A DNA stretch of 64,000 nucleotides from an uncultured Nitrospiraceae bacterium (GTDB lineage Bacteria; Nitrospirota; Nitrospiria; Nitrospirales; Nitrospiraceae). The stretch is from NCBI GenBank assembly GCA_963846575.1, contig CAWJWJ010000001.1:1120001-1184000 (forward strand), read 5' to 3'. Shown here in pieces: positions 58,461 through 64,000 of the stretch. The stretch's first letter is position 1, and the number at the start of each line of letters is the position of its first letter. The translations under genes were made by a program, and so were the position numbers. The notes under the pieces are model-generated. The model was not told the DNA's origin. It made no database searches and saw only the letters and a list, made by a program, of their open reading frames with translations.

Positions 58461-59936
58461 TTATTTCAGCAACGGCGCCGCATGGGTGGCCAGGGACCAC
58501 AGGCCATTGGGGAACAGTCCCAGGAGTACCACGCCGGCGAGGGCGCAGGCGAGGACGAATGACAATGCCGGCGATGTCTCCAGCCGCGAATGGGTCGCAG
58601 GTAGACCTTCCGGCTCCCGCATGTACATGACCATCACAATCCGCAGGTAATAGAAGGCGGATATGGCGGCGAAGATGACGGCGACCACGGCCAACCAGGC
58701 CATCCCGCCGTTCACGGCGGCCATGAAGATATAGAACTTGCCGATGAAGCCGGCCGTCGGAGGGATACCGGCCAGGGACACCAGAAACACGAGCAGCAAA
58801 AACGCCGCCAGGGGCTCGCGTTTTGCCAACCCTGCGTAATCTTCAATATTGTCGCTCTCCTGCCCTTCCTTGCGCAGCAGGCCCACGAGCGCAAATGCAC
58901 CCAGCGTCATGAAGGAATAGACGGCGAGATAGAGCAGCACACTTGCGAGACCGGTCGACCCGGCCCCGCCGCCCTGACGACCCGCCACGACCACTCCGAT
59001 GAGGGCGTATCCGGCATGGGCGATGCTGGAGTAAGCCAACATGCGTTTAATGTTGGTCTGCACGATTGCGACGAGGTTGCCCAGTGCGAGCGTCACCAGG
59101 CAGATGATCGTAAATAACACCGACCAGTCGGCACTTAGTCCTCCCAGACCTTCCACGAACACCCGCAGGAAGGCGCCGAAACTGGCCGCCTTGGACGCGA
59201 CGGCCATGAACGCCGTGACCGAAGTCGGCGCGCCCTGATAGACGTCCGGGGTCCACATATGAAACGGCACGACGGCCAACTTGAAGCCGAATCCGACCGC
59301 CAGAAGTACGAGGGCCAGGGAGAGGATGGGATTGCCCGCCCCCTGGGTGGCGATGGCCTCGGCGATCACGGTCAGGCGTGTACTGCCGGCCAGGCCGAAT
59401 AGCAGCGAAATGCCGTACAGCAGGATCCCGGAGGAGAAGGCCCCGAGCACGAAATACTTGGCCGAAGCTTCCAGCGAGCGCGCCTCGGTCCGTTTCAGTC
59501 CCGCCATGACGTACAGGGAGAGAGACATCAATTCGGTGCCGAGGTAGATGGTCAGCAGGTCGGCGCCGGAGACCATGACCATCATGCCGGCCAAGGTCAG
59601 CAGGATGAAGCCGTAGTATTCCCCGATATTGAGTCGCTCGGCTTTAAGGTAGGCGAGAGAGAGCAGGACCGTGAGTCCGGTCACGATGTACAGCAGCAGT
59701 TTCCAAAACGCCCCATAGGCATCGATGATGACCATGCCGCTGAAGGCAAATTGACGGTCCGTCATGTGAGACGAAGTCAGGCCCAGGCAAACGGCCAGGG
59801 CTCCCAAGGTCAGCCAGGCGAGGATGTCCTTCTTCGAAGCGGCAAGGACGGGCTCTAAGGCCAGGATGAGGCAGGCTGTGAAGATGACCACGAGTTCCGG
59901 AAGAATGGCGAGGAGATCTTGTAAGGGAATCGTCAT
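58461..59936 (-). CDS. nuoN: NADH-quinone oxidoreductase subunit N
   Basis: FKLAVVPFHMWTPDVYQGAP, KRMLAYSSIAH, SLAGIPP. Confidence 0.97.
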   Translation of the reverse strand: MTIPLQDLLAILPELVVIFTACLILALEPVLAASKKDILAWLTLGALAVCLGLTSSHMTDRQFAFSGMVIIDAYGAFWKLLLYIVTGLTVLLSLAYLKAERLNIGEYYGFILLTLAGMMVMVSGADLLTIYLGTELMSLSLYVMAGLKRTEARSLEASAKYFVLGAFSSGILLYGISLLFGLAGSTRLTVIAEAIATQGAGNPILSLALVLLAVGFGFKLAVVPFHMWTPDVYQGAPTSVTAFMAVASKAASFGAFLRVFVEGLGGLSADWSVLFTIICLVTLALGNLVAIVQTNIKRMLAYSSIAHAGYALIGVVVAGRQGGGAGSTGLASVLLYLAVYSFMTLGAFALVGLLRKEGQESDNIEDYAGLAKREPLAAFLLLVFLVSLAGIPPTAGFIGKFYIFMAAVNGGMAWLAVVAVIFAAISAFYYLRIVMVMYMREPEGLPATHSRLETSPALSFVLACALAGVVLLGLFPNGLWSLATHAAPLLK

Positions 59937-61516
59937 CGGGCTGCTGCCTGTTTAGAAACGGAGTTGGACAATGTCGATCCAATCGGGCCGGTCTGGCCCT
60001 GGTCCTTCAGCGGCAAGGCCGGGGAGTCCACCGCCACGACCGGAGTTTTTGGCGTGGCGAGGAGATGCGTCACACTCACGTGCATGCGGGACAGGAGGGG
60101 GTTCGGGAAAATCCCGATCACGAAGACCAGCACGATCAACGGGACGAGCGTGACAATCTCCCTGCCATTGAGGTCCAGCAGACGCGCACGAAAGTGCGGC
60201 GAGGGCACGCCGAAGATCATGCGTTGCGCCAGCCAGAGCATGTAGGCGGCTGCCAGGATGATCCCCAGGGCGGCCAGGGCTGTCGCGCCTTTGCTCCAGA
60301 GAAACGTGCCGGCCAGGACCAGGAACTCACCGACGAAGCTATTGGTGCCCGGGAGCCCTAGGGAGGACAGGGTGAAAATCATGAAAAAGAGCGCATAGCG
60401 GGGCATCGGCCCTACCAATCCGGCATTGTCGAGGATCTGCCGGCTGTGGGTCCGTTCGTACAGGATTCCCACGCAGAGAAAGAGTCCGCCGGTTGTGATC
60501 CCGTGATTGACCATTTGCATGACCGCTCCTTCGATCCCCTGAATATTGAGGACGAAGATGCCCAGCGTGACGAACCCCATATGGCTGACGCTGGAGTAGG
60601 CGATGAGTTTCTTGAGGTCGGTCTGCGCCAGCGCCATGTAGGCCCCGTAGATGATGGCCACGATCGACAACGCGATCATTGCGGGGGTGAACGTGGCGGT
60701 GGCGTCCGGGAGCATCGGCAAGGTGAAGCGGAGGAAGCCGTAGGTGCCCATCTTCAGCAGTACGCTCGCCAGAATGACGCTGCCTGCCGTCGGAGCTTCG
60801 ACGTGCGCGTCCGGAAGCCAGGTATGGAAGGGGAACATCGGGACCTTCACCGCGAACGCGGCGAAAAATGCGAGAAACAACAACGTTTGCAGCGATGCGC
60901 CGTAAGTCCCGCGGCTCAGCGCGATGATGTCAAAGGTTTGTCCGCCGTGAAAGTAGAGGGCCAGAATCGCGACCAGGAGCAACAGGCTGCCGGCCAGGGT
61001 ATAGAGAAAAAATTTGATCGCGGCGTACAGTCGGTTAGGTCCTCCCCAGACGCCGATGAGCAGATACATCGGGATCAGCATGGCTTCCCAGAATACGTAA
61101 AACAGCACAAAGTCCAGCGCGACAAACACGCCCAGCATCGCCGTTTCCATGACCAGCAACATGGCCATGAATTGCTGGACGCGTGCCTCGATCGAGGTCC
61201 AGGAAACCAGCACGCAAAATGGCATGAGCAAGGTGGTCAGCAACAGGAGCGGGAAACTGATGCCGTCAAGGCCGAGGCTGTACTGGATCGGGGGGGAGGT
61301 AATCCACGTGGCCCGCTCCACGAACTGCATCTCCGCCGTGGACGGATCGAAGAGCCACCAGAGCGGGAGCGAGCAGAGGAAATCAGCCACGGTCACGCCG
61401 AGCGCCAGCCAGCGGGCCGATTCAGACTTGATCAGCAGGCAGAGCACGGCCCCGATCAGCGGCAGAAAAACGATCAGGGTGAGCCAGGGGAATGAATGAG
61501 TCATGAATGTGTACAC
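59933..61516 (-). CDS. nuoM: NADH-quinone oxidoreductase subunit M (start may be 61504)
   Basis: FWEAMLIP, HTWLPDAHVEAP, LLKMGTYG, IAYSSVSHMG. Confidence 0.97.
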   Translation of the reverse strand: MYTFMTHSFPWLTLIVFLPLIGAVLCLLIKSESARWLALGVTVADFLCSLPLWWLFDPSTAEMQFVERATWITSPPIQYSLGLDGISFPLLLLTTLLMPFCVLVSWTSIEARVQQFMAMLLVMETAMLGVFVALDFVLFYVFWEAMLIPMYLLIGVWGGPNRLYAAIKFFLYTLAGSLLLLVAILALYFHGGQTFDIIALSRGTYGASLQTLLFLAFFAAFAVKVPMFPFHTWLPDAHVEAPTAGSVILASVLLKMGTYGFLRFTLPMLPDATATFTPAMIALSIVAIIYGAYMALAQTDLKKLIAYSSVSHMGFVTLGIFVLNIQGIEGAVMQMVNHGITTGGLFLCVGILYERTHSRQILDNAGLVGPMPRYALFFMIFTLSSLGLPGTNSFVGEFLVLAGTFLWSKGATALAALGIILAAAYMLWLAQRMIFGVPSPHFRARLLDLNGREIVTLVPLIVLVFVIGIFPNPLLSRMHVSVTHLLATPKTPVVAVDSPALPLKDQGQTGPIGSTLSNSVSKQAAAR

Positions 61517-61598
61517 AAGAGCCGATGGCGACGGACGCAGGAGATGGAGGCTATTCCTGATGACCGAGGACCACAGACCATTGATACCCTTTCCCCAT

Positions 61599-63497
61599 CT
61601 AGAAGAGCAGATACACCGTGAGAATGACGACAGCCCCCAGCGTCATGCCGAGTGCGTAATGTTGCGTTTGCCCGCTTTGCGTCAGACGAACGAGCCAGCC
61701 TCCCCAGGCAATGGCGCGTGCCACTCCGTTGACGGCGCCGTCGATGACCGAGACATCGACATGTTTCCACAGACCGTTCGCCGCCGAGATGGTCGGACGG
61801 ACAAATGAGCGGTCATAGGCTTCATCGACATACCACTTGTTGAGCGACAGCTCATAGGCCGTGCGCCACTGCCGCGCGAGCCGGTCCGGCAAGCCGGGAT
61901 TCAGGACATACAGATAGTAGGCTGCGCCGATTCCTGTGAATCCCATCAAGGTCGCGACTGCCATAATCGCAGAGGCTGCCGGGCTCTCATGCGGCGCGGA
62001 TCCTGTCCCGCCGTGGAAGACCGGCTCCAGAAACGCGGGGATGCCCAGATATCCGGCGACAATGCTGAGGACCGCCAGGATCATGAGCGGAACGGTCATC
62101 GTCGTGGAGGGTTCGTGGACGTGCCCGGCATGATGGGGATCGACATGGGACGGACCCCAGAAGGTCACGAACACCAGCCGGAAACTGTAGAAGGCCGTGA
62201 GTCCTGCCGTCAGCAGTCCGCACACCGTCAGGACCTCTCCTAACGGACCGGCCGACCAGGAGGAGATCAGGAGATCGTCCTTGCTGAAAAAGCCCGCCGT
62301 AAGGGGGAAACCTGCCAGCGCGAGGGACCCGACGAGAAACGTCCAGTAGGTGATCGGAAGTTTGTCCTTCAGGCCGCCCATGTGACGCATATCCTGCTCA
62401 TGGTGCAACGCGATGATGACGGATCCGCATCCCAGGAACAGTAGCGCCTTGAATGCGCCATGCGTCAGCAGGTGGTACATGCCGGCGCCGTACGCTCCCA
62501 GCCCGCAGGCCATCACCATGTAGCCCAGTTGGCTCATGGTCGAATAGGCCACGACGCGTTTGATATCGGTTTGGGTCAGGGCGATGGTCGCGCCGAGTAA
62601 CATGGTGAGGCCGCCCACCAGGGCGACCACGGTCATGGCCGCCGGCGACAGGTTATAGAGCGGCGCGAATCGCGCGACCATGAAGACGCCGGCCGTGACC
62701 ATCGTGGCGGCATGGATCAACGCGGAGATCGGCGTGGGTCCCTCCATGGCGTCGGGAAGCCAGACATGGAGGGGTACCTGCGCCGATTTGCCGATCGCGC
62801 CGATGAAGAGCAGGAGGCAGATCAGGGTCATCACTGAGACATCCCAGGTTCCACCGAACGGCGCCAGCATGTTCAGCGATTGCTGGGCCAGATCCGGAGC
62901 CTTCGCGAAGATGGGTGCGTAGTCGAGCGTGCCGAAGGAGTACCAGACGAGGAACAGGCCGAGGATGAAGCCGAAGTCTCCGACGCGATTGACCAGGAAG
63001 GCTTTCGTTGCCGCGGCGCAGGCGCTGGGCCGCTCATACCAATGCCCGATCAGCAGATACGAACACAGTCCCACCGCTTCCCAGAATACGAACAGTTGCA
63101 GCAGGTTGTCGGCCATCACCAACATCAACATGGAGAAGGTAAAGAGGGCGATGTAGGCGAAGAAACGGGCGTACCCCGGTTCTCCCCGCATGTAGCCGAT
63201 GGTGTAGATATGCACCAGCGTACTGACCGTGGTGACGAGTACCAGCATGACGGCGGTGAGGCGATCGATGGAGATCGCGATGTGAATATCCAGGTTGCCC
63301 GAGGTCAACCAGGTATAGAGGGGCACGTTGATCAGATGACCGGTGGCCACGTCATAGAGCGCGAGGAGCGACAGTACGAAGGAGCCGACCATGGCCGGGA
63401 CCGCCACCAGGTGGGCACGGTCCTTGATCCATTGTCCGCCGATGCCGACGATGAGGAAGGCGAACAAGGGGAGAAATGGAATCAGCGCGTAGAGCAT
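61599..63497 (-). CDS. nuoL: NADH-quinone oxidoreductase subunit L
   Basis: NRVGD, GKSAQVPLHVWLPDAMEGPTP, THGAFKALLFL. Confidence 0.97.
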   Translation of the reverse strand: MLYALIPFLPLFAFLIVGIGGQWIKDRAHLVAVPAMVGSFVLSLLALYDVATGHLINVPLYTWLTSGNLDIHIAISIDRLTAVMLVLVTTVSTLVHIYTIGYMRGEPGYARFFAYIALFTFSMLMLVMADNLLQLFVFWEAVGLCSYLLIGHWYERPSACAAATKAFLVNRVGDFGFILGLFLVWYSFGTLDYAPIFAKAPDLAQQSLNMLAPFGGTWDVSVMTLICLLLFIGAIGKSAQVPLHVWLPDAMEGPTPISALIHAATMVTAGVFMVARFAPLYNLSPAAMTVVALVGGLTMLLGATIALTQTDIKRVVAYSTMSQLGYMVMACGLGAYGAGMYHLLTHGAFKALLFLGCGSVIIALHHEQDMRHMGGLKDKLPITYWTFLVGSLALAGFPLTAGFFSKDDLLISSWSAGPLGEVLTVCGLLTAGLTAFYSFRLVFVTFWGPSHVDPHHAGHVHEPSTTMTVPLMILAVLSIVAGYLGIPAFLEPVFHGGTGSAPHESPAASAIMAVATLMGFTGIGAAYYLYVLNPGLPDRLARQWRTAYELSLNKWYVDEAYDRSFVRPTISAANGLWKHVDVSVIDGAVNGVARAIAWGGWLVRLTQSGQTQHYALGMTLGAVVILTVYLLF

Positions 63498-63512
63498 TTC
63501 AATACAGTCCGG

Positions 63513-63818
63513 CTATCGTTTCAGCAGGTTCAGGTCGTCGACATAAATGGACGAATTCGCGCGGTGAAGGGCGATGATGATCGCCAGACCGACCGCGACC
63601 TCAGCGGCTGCCACGGTCAGGGCAAAAAAGACAAACACCTGTCCCGCGACCTGGTGAAAGTGTTCAGAGAATGCCACAAAGTTGATATTCGTGGCATTCA
63701 ACATCAGTTCGACCGACAGCAGAATCGCGATGATGTTGCGTCGGATCAAGACCCCCACCACGCCGGTGAGAAAGACGAATCCGCTCAAGATCAAATAGTA
63801 GGATAGGGGGACAGCCAT
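63513..63818 (-). CDS. nuoK: NADH-quinone oxidoreductase subunit K
   Basis: SVELMLNA, VAAAEVAVGLA. Confidence 0.97.
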   Translation of the reverse strand: MAVPLSYYLILSGFVFLTGVVGVLIRRNIIAILLSVELMLNATNINFVAFSEHFHQVAGQVFVFFALTVAAAEVAVGLAIIIALHRANSSIYVDDLNLLKR

Positions 63819-63829
63819 GGCGTTACCGA

Positions 63830-64000
63830 TTACTCCGGGGCCCCTTCATTGAGGTCTTTTTTTGCCAGAATGATCGCCCCGATCATGGCCACCAGTAGAA
63901 TCAGGGATGCGACCTCGAATGGAAACAAATAGGTGGAATAGAGAGCCTCGCCTATGGTTTCGGTATTGCCGGCGTCCGCTACCGCCGCTGCGGGGAGGGC
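63830..64000 (-). CDS. nuoJ: NADH-quinone oxidoreductase subunit J, 3' part (runs off window)
   Basis: Hand translation [40 protein letters not shown]. Confidence 0.93.
   Translation of the reverse strand, partial: ALPAAAVADAGNTETIGEALYSTYLFPFEVASLILLVAMIGAIILAKKDLNEGAPE

Noticed and set aside
58461..64000. 2M-type complex I with duplicated nuoM
   Set aside because: Only one nuoM lies between nuoL and nuoN; the arrangement is canonical

Overview
GC-rich, densely coding bacterial chromosome segment. The gene content suggests Nitrospira, which is an inference not confirmed by any search. Housekeeping genes are uvrA, uvrC, a dapF-like gene, a ubiE/menG-like gene and the distal part of a complex I operon (nuoJ partial, K, L, M, N). 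No rRNA, tRNA, CRISPR array or transposase was seen. Accessory loci of note: (1) 56-6037: di-heme CCP/RoxA-family enzyme, V4R-type hybrid kinase and FadL channel, resembling an oxylipin-type lipid signalling module. (2) 6402-13097: USP/PCP_red/rubredoxin protein, AhbD-like radical SAM and CopD-like protein, plus UbiE and a B12 radical SAM. (3) 20744-33011: xanthomonadin/aryl-polyene-like cluster ending in a GT2 fused to a mycobacterial PGL-type glycosyltransferase. (4) 36527-47071: best candidate new system. A LuxR with a non-AHL-type pocket and no luxI, and a 20-bp lux box centred exactly between two divergent -10 elements. One faces a cytochrome P450; the other faces a nitroreductase-like gene and an atypical FabF, followed by a NarL regulator and a PAS hybrid kinase. 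(5) 47468-51170: five-gene operon with helical lipoproteins and an apparently split copper amine oxidase-like pair. All family calls come from motif recognition by eye. Several start codons were moved from the ORF track using RBS or overlap evidence.
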